This document shows, one piece after another, positions 1-10,000 of a DNA stretch of 64,000 nucleotides. Under the pieces are notes generated by a model. It did no database searches. It worked only from the letters and a program-made list of their open reading frames with translations, and was not told the origin of the DNA. The first letter of the stretch is position 1, and each line of letters opens with the position of its first letter. The DNA is taken from the IMG/VR virus record IMGVR_UViG_3300012007_000672, positions 4,808 through 68,807 of that record. One strand, written 5' to 3'. This DNA comes from a virus. Lineage: Duplodnaviria; Caudoviricetes. Made by a program: the position numbers and the translations under genes.

Positions 1-127
1 TCACAATCTCCTCACTGAGTGTCCTCCACTCTGGAGATTCGCAATGCACGTGCTCGTGCGTCTCTCCTACGTGGCCTCCCTGGATAATCATCAGGAATGT
101 CGCCACTTTTAAAAATATTATCTTCAT
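1..127 (-). CDS. Partial ORF running off the left edge (MKIIFLKVATFLMIIQGGHVGETHEHVHCESPEWRTLSEEIV...); position fits the shufflon recombinase
   Basis: ATG at 127, open for 42 codons to the edge, GC-richer than the adjacent cassettes; no recombinase motif visible. Confidence 0.3.
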   Translation of the reverse strand, partial: MKIIFLKVATFLMIIQGGHVGETHEHVHCESPEWRTLSEEIV

Positions 128-193
128 AACATATATTTTATTCAAAAACTAAGAAATAGTTTCATATTTTAAATAGTTATTCGAAGAAATGTT

Positions 194-598
194 CTGGGCG
201 ATACATCTTATCTTTACAAAAGATATAGTTATTCATTAGATTCAGAAAAGACTGTAGAAATAGCGTTCTCAGGCTCAAATAATACATATAGTGCTATTAT
301 AACTGGAAAAACTTATTCAGGCTATGCTCCCCACGTCATACTCATTGGTACTGGCTCTTTGTCGGATGGAGATTCCAGAAGAAAATACTGGAGTTGTATT
401 AGAAAATCTAATGTATCATGGACTTATAACACAAATAAAAAAGGTACTATTGAATTAAAACAGGGGGGACAGTATTCTATGGTATTAAATGTAATCTGTT
501 TAAGTAACAATAGTGTCGAATTTACAGAAATAGAAGACTTGTCTAGTGCAGAAATTACAGATAGAGTAGCAATGCTGAGTGATATTCAATCAACTTAA
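194..598 (+). other. Silent tail-fibre C-terminal cassette 1 (134 aa, LGDTSYLYKR...DIQST)
   Basis: Open frame from CTGGGCG at 194 to TAA at 598 with no start codon of its own. Confidence 0.85.
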
Positions 599-625
599 AT
601 GAGGCAGATTAATTCTGCCTCATTT
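597..625. terminator. Bidirectional hairpin between cassettes 1 and 2
   Basis: AAATGAGGCAG-attaatt-CTGCCTCATTT. Confidence 0.75.
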
Positions 626-1068
626 TATGCTGTTGCATACTCTATAGTCTTCTCTAATATAACAGTATGCTCCTCGTCTGTTGGAACTAACATAGAAACC
701 TTTTCTGGTAGTGTATTATATGACATATTTATTAACCTCATATATAAGTCATTACCTGTATTACTCATTGAATTCACATATAAATCAAGAAAGTATTCTT
801 TTCCGACTTTTACAATTCGTATAGAGCGATATACATTTGTATTATTAGGCCAATATGCACCCTTAGCAAGTTGAATAATGTTTGATGGACAGCAGTAGTC
901 TTTTTCGCCAAAATAATTGATGGCTATAAAGAAAAGTGTATTGTTTGGCGACTTATTTATATAGTTATTAATAGGAGTTAATATAAACGTCTGACAAGAT
1001 TCCACCTTCATAAATCTATACCATCCTTTCGGGTTTAATCTTCCGTATGAGTAATTTTCTACGCCCAG
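625..1068 (-). other. Silent cassette 2 (147 aa, LGVENYSYGR...EYATA)
   Basis: Core at 1062-1068, in frame with ORF 625..1011. Confidence 0.85.
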
Positions 1069-1070
1069 AA

Positions 1071-1409
1071 TTATTTAGATAGTATAAACGTAGCACTAAC
1101 GGAGCCATAACTACAATGAATACCTATTGTATTATTATTTGTTTTTACATATGAAATTCGTCCCTGATACGTATTATATGATTCTTTTATATTAATTACC
1201 TCAAAATTATTACCACTATATCCACATCTTATCATATCTATAGATGAACCAGTACGATTGCCACCATCATCCTGATTAGAAGCAATTGCAAGGATAGTTA
1301 ACCCATAATTTCCTTGATTTATAGTAATTCCTGTATCAATAGTCTCGGTACCCCAAATCAAATAATTTGTTATATAACCAAGTTTGTTTAATGGTGATTG
1401 TCCGCCCAG
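1071..1409 (-). other. Silent cassette 3 (112 aa, LGGQSPLNKL...FILSK)
   Basis: Core at 1403-1409; its stop codon lies 2 nt before the cassette 2 core. Confidence 0.85.
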
Positions 1410-1416
1410 AAATGTT

Positions 1417-1662
1417 CTGGGCGAATATTACATTAATTATGCTAAAATAATCAAACGTTCATCAGGTTCAGATGTAGATAATGGGTGGGGGTTAGTGTGT
1501 GGCAGTAATGTAGGGCCTGTATCATCTGGAGATCCTTATATAGCAGGTGTAAGTTTCTTGTTTGATAACAACCCAAATTACCCTGGATTTATAGGAATAA
1601 CGATGAATGGAACCCCTTATGTTAAGTCTAGGTGGGGATGGAAAAGAATTTTAACCGAATAA
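1417..1662 (+). other. Silent cassette 4 (81 aa, LGEYYINYAK...WKRILTE)
   Basis: Core at 1417-1423, back-to-back with the cassette 3 core. Confidence 0.85.
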
Positions 1663-1696
1663 TATTAAAGAGGTAGAAACCTACCTCTTTAATATT
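1661..1696. terminator. Bidirectional hairpin between cassettes 4 and 5
   Basis: AATATTAAAGAGGTAG-aaac-CTACCTCTTTAATATT perfect inverted repeat. Confidence 0.8.
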
Positions 1697-1914
1697 TATA
1701 AGCTCGCCCATCCTGACCATCCACCGTGATAAGAACGCATTTTGGGAATCCTTCCGTCATAAGTTATGAAGAATTGGATGCCTTTCAAACCATTACTAGT
1801 GCCATGACATATACTTACTACGGGCCCCCAATCTATTCCATCTACGACATTTCCATAATAAAAATACGTTCCATAATCATTGCAATTATTATTTAATGGA
1901 AAATTAACGCCCAG
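1696..1914 (-). other. Silent cassette 5 (72 aa, LGVNFPLNNN...GGWSGWASL)
   Basis: Core at 1908-1914; WxxW ending typical of fibre tip domains. Confidence 0.85.
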
Positions 1915-1924
1915 GAAAAATGTT

Positions 1925-2167
1925 CTGGGCGAACGCATAGGTTCGTATTTAGCACATGAAAATGCTTGGAATTATCATATTCCTACCTATGAACAATTTA
2001 GAAACGATACATCAACAAGTGGCAAAGATGTTCCACAAACAGGGGTGTTCCAACAAATAATAACATTTCCTACACCTTGGGGATACTCTAAGTTAGCCAT
2101 AGGTCAGTATGGTGCTTATTCTAAGCATGTAGTAGATGCTACATCTTTTGGATGGACTAAACTGTGA
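1925..2167 (+). other. Silent cassette 6 (80 aa, LGERIGSYLA...FGWTKL)
   Basis: Core at 1925-1931. Confidence 0.85.
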
Positions 2168-2222
2168 AGAAACAAAACAAGATATACTCCTTCTGATGGT
2201 TGGGGTATTTGGAATAGTTTAT

Positions 2223-2247
2223 AAGAGGTAGCTAATAACTACCTCTT
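2223..2247. terminator. Bidirectional hairpin between cassettes 6 and 7
   Basis: AAGAGGTAG-ctaataa-CTACCTCTT. Confidence 0.75.
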
Positions 2248-2441
2248 TATATTGCTCTCCAGTCTTTAGTGTTGTTCTTAAGATAAATACTTCCATTATC
2301 AGCAAAACTAATCTTTCCAGTATAACCCTCTTTATTAAATGTTGCTATTATTTGATGGTCATTTACAGGAACATCTGCTCCTGATGGAATATGATTCCAA
2401 TTGTATCTATTTACACTAAGAAATCCACTCACAGCGCCCAG
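2247..2441 (-). other. Silent cassette 7 (64 aa, LGAVSGFLSV...KDWRAI)
   Basis: Core at 2435-2441. Confidence 0.85.
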
Positions 2442-2451
2442 AAATTAATAA

Positions 2452-2787
2452 CTGGGCGTTAATTCAAGGGTGAAATATGTACGAAACATGCTGGCAGTAA
2501 ATGGAAGTTGGAACACTGGTATTAATGCTTATGCTTCAGATGGAGTAGTCACTAAAGATATATTATGTTTTGCAAGTGGACATCTAAACATATCAAATAT
2601 TATGTATTGGAATGGTGTTCTTGTAAGACATCATTCATCAGGAAGTCCAACAATTGTAAAGTATAGTAGTGGTTGTACTGGAGACAGTGCTTATAATTTT
2701 TCAATTTCTGCTTCAGTAAGTGATAACAAGCTAGTTATCTCACATAGTTGTATTACTGCTATTTGTGTAACATTAATGTATATATAG
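2452..2787 (+). other. Silent cassette 8 (111 aa, LGVNSRVKYV...TLMYI)
   Basis: Core at 2452-2458, directly preceded by TAA. Confidence 0.85.
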
Positions 2788-2805
2788 CGTTTATAAGAAC
2801 GATTC

Positions 2806-3081
2806 CTGGGCGGACCCATTTTATCTAAACGTCTTTTCCCAGATATGTCTCCATCTCTAAAGGGAGCACCTTCAGGAATATGGTTTGTTTATTCCCCAGC
2901 AACTTTCTCCGATAACCCATATCCTTATAATACTGACCATTGTTCTATGCTAATTACAGCTGGTGACGTAAACGCACCAGGCAGTACACATGGTTCTATT
3001 TTGATTGATATTGAGTCTGTATCAGAATTCCAAGGTATATATAGATCATATTCTGGACAACCGTGGAAGAAAATATTATAA
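2806..3081 (+). other. Silent cassette 9 (91 aa, LGGPILSKRL...QPWKKIL)
   Basis: Core at 2806-2812. Confidence 0.85.
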
Positions 3082-3105
3082 AAGGAAGGATTTCTCCTTC
3101 CTTTA
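3080..3105. terminator. Bidirectional hairpin between cassettes 9 and 10
   Basis: AAAAGGAAGGA-tttc-TCCTTCCTTTT. Confidence 0.75.
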
Positions 3106-3108
3106 TTA

Positions 3109-3267
3109 CTATTGCTTAGTTATACTGACAACAAAATTATCTCCAGAAAAAGTGTCTTGAATCCAAAGTTTTCCATTGCCCTTTGGATTAAAAACAATTG
3201 AGATTCCATCACCATCTATCCATCTATTATTAGATCCATCTGAATGATTTGTAGTAGCTGCGCCCAG
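3109..3267 (-). other. Silent cassette 10 (52 aa, LGAATTNHSDGSNNRW...VVSITKQ); absent from the ORF track
   Basis: Core at 3261-3267, open to TAG at 3109; resembles the expressed cassette 13. Confidence 0.85.
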
Positions 3268-3519
3268 TTAAGAAATAACGGCTACCCAGCCTCCGTAAAA
3301 CACACCTCCATCACATCTTCTTAAGTAAAGATATGGTGTGCCGTTATCTGGTAGCAGATTCATACCAAATGCGATTAAAGTATAGTATCTATTTACATAT
3401 TCCTCAGCCGAAATCTTTACTTTTAACCAATTTCCTGTCTTGCCTCCTATGGTGTCATACTCATACCATGTTTTTATTAGCCCACTATTAGATTTCCATA
3501 AACTAACATTACCGCCCAG
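3268..3519 (-). other. Silent cassette 11 (83 aa, LGGNVSLWKS...WVAVIS)
   Basis: Core at 3513-3519; its TAA abuts the cassette 10 core. Confidence 0.85.
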
Positions 3520-3527
3520 AAATGTTC

Positions 3528-3908
3528 CTGGGCGGATTACTGAAAACAACTAAGATTACTACAACTGCTTCCACACCACTTGAAATTTTAAGAGACATTG
3601 GTGATTGGAGTTCTAATGCAGGTTTTACTATCAGTTTTGGTTTTAAAAAGAATACGGGAAATGAAGAGTCAGTGTATGTACAAGTGGATAAAAACGATAA
3701 AGAGCTGCTTGTTTATTCCACAAAATCTTCTCCACTTGCAGTTGTCCGTGACGTGGGCAGTTACAGTAGTGAAGCCCCAGTTTGCTTAGATTTTTTTGCA
3801 AAGACGACTTCAACAAACAACTTAATAGGCTATTTGAGAGCTAATAAAAACTCTGGAGAGCTTTATTGGTATAACAACAAAACCGGTACCGATACTAAGT
3901 TGGCATAA
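3528..3908 (+). other. Silent cassette 12 (126 aa, LGGLLKTTKI...DTKLA)
   Basis: Core at 3528-3534. Confidence 0.85.
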
Positions 3909-3929
3909 GAGGTAGGGTTCCTACCTCTT
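3907..3929. terminator. Bidirectional hairpin between cassette 12 and the expressed fibre end
   Basis: AAGAGGTAGG-gtt-CCTACCTCTT. Confidence 0.8.
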
Positions 3930-6254
3930 TTATATTTTTGTTATAGGAATATTCCAGTCTTCATTTGTATCAGTATCTGTTATTATCAATTTATTACTAT
4001 TTGGGTAAAAAGTTATATCAAAATGGCTAAAAGTTGCCCATCGGCTTGATGAAGTGGAACTCTTTTCTGATGTTGCAAAATATCCCTTGCCAGAAATATA
4101 TGTAACGCCCAGAAGTGATGCGTACTCACTGAGAATGGAGGATGATTTCATATAGTTATAGGCTAGTTTCTGCATTTCCCCTGGTGTCATTTTCTGTAAA
4201 GTCCATTTACCGTCGGAACTCTGGCTACCCCAGAACGCTGTCTTGCCAGAGACATTGGCGGCGGTCAGCGACGTGACATTATTTGACGCAAGCGGCAGGG
4301 AATTGTCGAGCTTCACCTTGTCAGCGGCAGACATTAGGCCTTTCTGCTGTTGGGTGGCGATAGGGATAGCGGACAGGATATTGAACGTTGCAGGGTTCGA
4401 CAGACCGCCATTGTTGGTCCAGGACAGGTTTCCGTTGGCATCGATTTTGGGGGTGAAGGTCGCACCACGGAGGTTATGGAACGAAAAGCTGAAGATACGG
4501 TTAGCGTTAGTGCCGCCAGTGTTGACAGTTACGGATGGCGTGCCGACGCCACTGTCGATCGTGGCTGTCGCTTCGCCGATACCCGCATTAGCACCTTGGG
4601 CACCATTGAGCACGATTAAATCGGCTGTCGCTCCGTCGGTGAAGGTAACTCGCCAGATATTCTCTCCACCGGAAGCATCCGACCTCTGTACCTGTTGCAT
4701 CGAGGCGACACCGCGCCCATCGGCACCACGAGGAATGACGAAGTTCAGCAGGAAACAAGGATTACCGTTCGCGTCGGTACCGTTAGCCGTGATTGTCACC
4801 GACGGCTGAGTACCAGGATCACCAGCGACAACTGTGCCGATCGAGAATTGTGGTGTCTTGCCCTCAAAGCCCATAGCACCGCTGAAGTCACCTAACTCGT
4901 GCCAGCGCTCATGGTCTGGGTCGTCGCTCTCGCCCATGTAGCTGAAGAGCTTCGAGTTGTCCGGATCATCCACTGTTGATTTGATAAGCACGAAGTCAAA
5001 CTGCTCAAGCGGTTCCTCGCCTTCAGGCAGATTTTCCGGATCGTAAGCTCTCATCAGGGCAATCGAGGCAAATTCCTTCGAGATGCGGAAGCGCTCAAGC
5101 TTCTGCCAGAAGTGGTTGGTCTTTACATACTGCTCCGTCGCAAGGTCGTATTCATAGATATAACCGTCGGCACCGAACTGCGCCGGATGGTTGGCGCGGG
5201 TGAGCATCTGCTGATAGAGGTCCTGCATGTTCTGCAGCAGCTGTGCGTATGCTGTCTGGCGTGCCGTCTCAGCATCTTCACGATCCTGTTCCGCATCCTC
5301 ACGATCGCCCTCTGCCGTATCACGCAGGTTCTCCGCGGAGATTCTGTTCCCTTCATTTGTCTGCCTGGTCTGTTCGGCACTGTTACGGTCACCCTCAGCC
5401 GTATTACGCAGATTCTCGGCAGCGACTCTGGCCGCCTCTGCCGTGTTACGATCCGACTCAGCCGCCTGGCGTGCCAGCTCCGCCGTCTGTCGGGTGGACT
5501 CAGCGTCCTGCCTGTCCTGCTCAGCGGCGCTCATGGTATTTGTGAACGCCTGATAGGCTGCCTTTGCCGCTGCCAACCATGTGCTCCAGGTTTTTCGCAC
5601 GCCACCCTCAGATTCTTCTGTAGCACCGAAGAACGAGTTCCAGGAAGATTGTGCCTGCGACTTCCAGGTGTCGGCTTCATTCTTGAAAGTATTCCAGCGT
5701 TGCAGAATACCTGTGCCATCCTCAGGGTTGCTAAACCAAGACTCGACTGTAGCCCTGAATGTGCCAAACCATCCGCTTCTGGCTGTCTCAGCGTCCTGGC
5801 GGTCCTGCTCGGCGCTCTCACGATCCGCCTCCGCCAGTCCACGGGCAACCTCCGCTTCAGCTCTCAAGGTCTCCGCCGAAGCCCTCAGAGCCTCTGCGGA
5901 GGCTCTGGCTGTTTCCGCATTTGCTCTGGCCGTCTCATCCAGTATGCGCTGCTGCTCGGCGCTGTTGATCTGAGCGTTCGTGTCCTCGATTGCCTGCAAT
6001 GCGTTGTTAGCCCTGTTCACAGCCTGCTCCACGAGAGCCAGTGCCGAAGCCAGATAGCTTTCCGGACGCACGGCCTGAATCTGGTGTACGCCCTCCCAGA
6101 CATACTGCATCAGCACTGCCTGATGCTTCAGCGAGTCATAATCCACGAGGGGGATACTTGACGCCTCTTGCATCTTGGTGGCCAAACGATCCAATATCTC
6201 ATCATAATGCTCATCAACGAGCCGGTTAAGCAATGTCTGTATAGAACTATCCAT
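3930..6254 (-). CDS. Tail fibre / receptor-binding protein with switchable C-terminus (cassette 13, last 60 aa)
   Basis: AE/QDR-rich coiled-coil repeats, collagen-like G-x-x-G segments, ATQQQKGLMSAADKVKLD fibre repeat; CTGGGCG core at 4106-4112 within SLLGV; start taken at MDSSIQ. Confidence 0.88.
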   Translation of the reverse strand: MDSSIQTLLNRLVDEHYDEILDRLATKMQEASSIPLVDYDSLKHQAVLMQYVWEGVHQIQAVRPESYLASALALVEQAVNRANNALQAIEDTNAQINSAEQQRILDETARANAETARASAEALRASAETLRAEAEVARGLAEADRESAEQDRQDAETARSGWFGTFRATVESWFSNPEDGTGILQRWNTFKNEADTWKSQAQSSWNSFFGATEESEGGVRKTWSTWLAAAKAAYQAFTNTMSAAEQDRQDAESTRQTAELARQAAESDRNTAEAARVAAENLRNTAEGDRNSAEQTRQTNEGNRISAENLRDTAEGDREDAEQDREDAETARQTAYAQLLQNMQDLYQQMLTRANHPAQFGADGYIYEYDLATEQYVKTNHFWQKLERFRISKEFASIALMRAYDPENLPEGEEPLEQFDFVLIKSTVDDPDNSKLFSYMGESDDPDHERWHELGDFSGAMGFEGKTPQFSIGTVVAGDPGTQPSVTITANGTDANGNPCFLLNFVIPRGADGRGVASMQQVQRSDASGGENIWRVTFTDGATADLIVLNGAQGANAGIGEATATIDSGVGTPSVTVNTGGTNANRIFSFSFHNLRGATFTPKIDANGNLSWTNNGGLSNPATFNILSAIPIATQQQKGLMSAADKVKLDNSLPLASNNVTSLTAANVSGKTAFWGSQSSDGKWTLQKMTPGEMQKLAYNYMKSSSILSEYASLLGVTYISGKGYFATSEKSSTSSSRWATFSHFDITFYPNSNKLIITDTDTNEDWNIPITKI

Positions 6255-6303
6255 GATTCGAAAGTTTTTAGGGTGAACAGGGTTAATGAATGAAAAAAAC
6301 TGA

Positions 6304-6666
6304 TTACTCTTCGGTGGCGGGCTGGTCGCCTTCAGTGGGCTGGTTCTCGTCTCCTGCAGGTGCGTCGTCGCTCTCTGCCTCCAGCTGGTCGGCAAGGGCG
6401 AACTCAACGGTCTCCTTCAGCTTACCGAGCACATTGATAAGCGTTCTGCGCTTCATCTTGGTGATACCGTTCAGGTCGAGATACACCTTGTCGCCTTCGT
6501 CGCGCAATGCGAACTGCCCGATATCCTTACCAGTGCCATCCTTGATGCTGCTGCGCACATAAGCCGATCCGTCGGCCTTGATGTTGACGGTTGACTCCAC
6601 ACCGACACCCTGACCGCAATACTCAGCGGGGATGTCAAAACTCTGATTACCATTCGATCTTTTCAT
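6304..6666 (-). CDS. Hypothetical phage protein, tail region
   Basis: ORF from MKRSNGNQ, co-directional with the tail genes. Confidence 0.7.
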   Translation of the reverse strand: MKRSNGNQSFDIPAEYCGQGVGVESTVNIKADGSAYVRSSIKDGTGKDIGQFALRDEGDKVYLDLNGITKMKRRTLINVLGKLKETVEFALADQLEAESDDAPAGDENQPTEGDQPATEE

Positions 6667-6691
6667 AACTTGAAATATTAAAGGGTTAATA

Positions 6692-7000
6692 CTATTTGTC
6701 CTTACCTTCGAGCAGGTCAACGATCTGGCCATACACGCCAGCGCTCAGGGCGGGTGAGATGATCTTGCGGATCAGCACGATATCATCCGCCTCCAGCTCC
6801 GCCGCATCCGGATTGGCGATGATGCGCTGGCTGATCTTCCAGCAGCGGTACTTCTCATCGGGTGTCAGCGGCACATTGCCACCGGAAACTTCGAACAATG
6901 CCTGGGCCACGACATCGCTGATCAGCACGTCGGCCTGTTTCTCGTTTTTAATTGTCTCGCCGTTGAAATAGGCGATTGTCTTTTTTAGATTCACATTCAT
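6692..7000 (-). CDS. Hypothetical phage protein, tail region
   Basis: ORF from MNVNLKKT. Confidence 0.75.
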   Translation of the reverse strand: MNVNLKKTIAYFNGETIKNEKQADVLISDVVAQALFEVSGGNVPLTPDEKYRCWKISQRIIANPDAAELEADDIVLIRKIISPALSAGVYGQIVDLLEGKDK

Positions 7001-7013
7001 TGTCGTATAGTGT

Positions 7014-10000
7014 TTAGATTGATAAATAATTCCAAAACCATGTATCTTCGTACAGTATAAGCTCGGTCCTGTCATAATTGTTCAGGTCCTGGCCTTCATC
7101 AGCCGACGAGATATAATGGTCGGTGTATATCTTATAGTTTGACAAGGGGCGGATATTCACCGTATGCCCAAGTGTCTTGATGGTAATTGTCTTGTTATTT
7201 GGACAGCCTGTAGGCAGAAAAATCGTTGTCGTGTAATTCGGGACGAGCGGCACGAGAACGAAGTCGTCGTCAGCGTTAAGATAAACTGTCGCGCCAGTGA
7301 CAGCCCTGACACAGCGGCTGGCATACAGGGCACACCACTCGTCTTTGGAGTTGTTCCACCGCTCGATGCCGTCTTCAGTAATGCGCAGGCCGTTCTGGTA
7401 TTGTCCGGCGATCCACAGGTTTCCGTTGGTATCAAGTCCCATCAGTTTGTCAGTGCCGGAATATACCTCCCACGCCTTGGTGAAGTTGAATTTGATCACG
7501 TCGGCCTGGATGTCGATAAACGACGTGTGCTCCTGGATATACAACGCCAGCTGGCTAGAGGTCTTCAGGGTACCGTCAGAGTTAAACTGCGCCACAATGT
7601 TGGTGATGCTGGATTTCGTCTGCGAGATAGCCGTAGCGTTGTTGTTGATTGCCGTATTGGCGTTGTCGATGCGAGTATTCAGGCTATCGACATAGCCCTG
7701 CACGGCAGCCGTTGTGGCCAGTGTCCCCACAGTCGTCTGCAGACCGTTCACGTCAAGGCGCAGTTGCGACAATCCCTTCACGCTTCCGTCATTCTCAAAG
7801 CTCGCTGCCCAGAGGTTGATGGTGCTTGAGGTCTGTGTAATCCACGTGGCGGTATTGTTCTTGAATGTCTCTAGGGTACCAAGGCGTCCTTCGATAGCCT
7901 CTTTAGCTCTGTCCGACGCCGCTTTATTATTCGTCACCTCTGTAGCGATGCGTTGCGCTTCTACACTCAGCTCCGCGTGCATAGTGCGTGTGGCGTATGT
8001 TGCCTCTGCTTCCACTCTCCAGAGCCTTGCAGTCTGGGTTACACGGGTGATATAGTCAACCCTGAGCGACTCCACGGGATCGTTGGTGAGGGCGACGAAC
8101 CTGATCATGCACTGACCGGTATAGTTCACCACCATCTTGCCAGTGCCGGAGAAATCCCAGGGTGCCTGCTCTGTGTCCTGCGCCTGGATGGTCATCCATG
8201 CCCCCGTGTCGGTTATGTTGCGCTGCCAGCCCTCCGACAGTGCCCCCTGCCTCAAGAACTCCACCTTCAGGGTGCCCTCGCTAACGGGCAGGATCCTGAT
8301 GCCCATATACAGGCGATCCTTCACGTCGTTCATCGCCGTACCCTCGGCTGAAGCCATCTCCTTGTGCGTGGTGTTTGCCTTCATGTCGGCAAAGTCCTGG
8401 GCCACGCCAGCCCCGTTAAGCTTCAGCACCGGCACACCGTCGAACTCCGAGAGTACGGCCTGCTGCCGGCTCCCTACTGAAAGCAGCTGTCCGTTCACCA
8501 TCAGCGGTGCGCCGGCGGTGTTCAACAGCCCCACATGCCCCTGTGCGGCGATAGGCGAGCCGTCGGTGGTGCATGGCATCCAGTCCTCCAGCTCACGCAC
8601 GAAGAAGCCGTTGCTCACATGGTTGCTGTCCTCGCTGATATCGTAGGTTGTCTCCTTATATACGGAGGTATGCTTCGTCCTGGCCGTGTTGATCTTCGCC
8701 GTCAGCGACTCTCCAGTCTGGGCGTTATGGAACTCACCAGTGCCGTAGAAGTAGTTGGTATAGATACCGAAGCCCTTCAGCCAGCCGAAGTCGTCCGTGC
8801 GCACACCCTGTAGGTTGCCAAGGCGCGACTTGAGAGCCCGCTGCGGGTCGGTCTTCAAGCCGTACAAGATATCCATGTATGGAGTGTTGCTGCCTACAGA
8901 CATCATTGTCATGATACCCTTTCTATCCGGATCCCTATCATTATCCACACGCACGACAGTGTCTCCAGCCTTGATTGCTACTTCTGGCGTGAGACCTTCG
9001 ATCTGTGAGGAAAAGTTTTCGAACGTGATCCAGTCCAATCTGTCCTCGCCGTCTGAGAGAGGGCCTACACCGACCTCTTTCACACGCATCTCGTAAGCCT
9101 TGGTGACGTAATAGTCATTGGTTGTGTTCGGCTCCCCGTTGTACTGTTGCACTTCCACAAGATCACCCTCGCGGAAGGTGTTGTACAGCTTGCCGTTGCC
9201 TGTCTTTAAATAAATGATGCCAGTCTCTGTGTCGTAGTGGTCAACCTCCATCGATCCGGAGATATAGATGTTGTCATTCTCGCCTCTAAGTTGGGAGATG
9301 ATCATCTCATACACGCGCAGGATGTTTCTGACATTGACGTTGTCTATCTCGAGAGTATATTTATACTCCACGACACCGGCACTGTTGATGTACTCGTTGC
9401 GTCTGATCGCCCAGCCAAGGCCGCCAAGGAAGGCACTTACAAACTCCGGACTGGAGAGGTTATGCGAGAATGTGGAATCGCCTTTGACGGCAAGGGCGGG
9501 AACTTCCCTGCCGTCCTGGTCCTCATGTCTGGTACCATCGCCGATGGTGGCGTTCACTCTCACCCACAGCTCTTCAAGTTCCGCTTTAGCCTCAGGCGTT
9601 ATGATACCGCCACGAAGCCCAGCCGAGTAGGCACCGAACACCACGTCGTGAAGGGCTGTCAGACCTTGTCTGAAGGTGATGTGTCCGGCTGCCATGTCAT
9701 CATGCAGGCGCGACAGGAAATGGCTCTCTCCAAAGAAATCAGCCAGGCGCAGAAGCTCATCTGACAGATACCCTGCCAATTCGGCCAGTGTGGTAGCCCC
9801 CCATTCCTCTGAGTAGGGGTTCTGTACCGGAAATAGAGCCCCTGCGCTTAGTAATGGTCTCTGGAACTCAACTAAGCGAGGGGCGATGGTAAAAGACGCG
9901 ACGTCAGGGATGTCGATGTGCATCTCATGGAGCTGGGCATCTGTCCTGGGCAGGTTCAGATACGGCTTCGTGCTTGCATATTGATAGGTGAAGTTATACT

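Larger units (their letters stand above)
194..4112. other. Tail-fibre shufflon (multiple-inversion system) with 13 CTGGGCG crossover cores
   Basis: Cores on + at 194, 1417, 1925, 2452, 2806, 3528 and on - at 1062, 1403, 1908, 2435, 3261, 3513, 4106; each begins an in-frame ORF with Leu-Gly. Confidence 0.93.

Noticed and set aside
2165-2167. Alternative genetic code (TGA reassigned) in the prophage
   Set aside because: Only one suggestive in-frame continuation exists; long phage genes are uninterrupted under the standard code and several end in TGA
359-3908. Short ORFs in the track treated as independent small genes
   Set aside because: Their listed starts are arbitrary internal or upstream codons. 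Each frame extends exactly to a CTGGGCG core, so they are fibre cassettes.
5260-5960. AEQDRQDAE-type repeats in the fibre as a separate repeat element
   Set aside because: They are degenerate protein-level coiled-coil repeats typical of fibre stalks, not a perfect DNA tandem array
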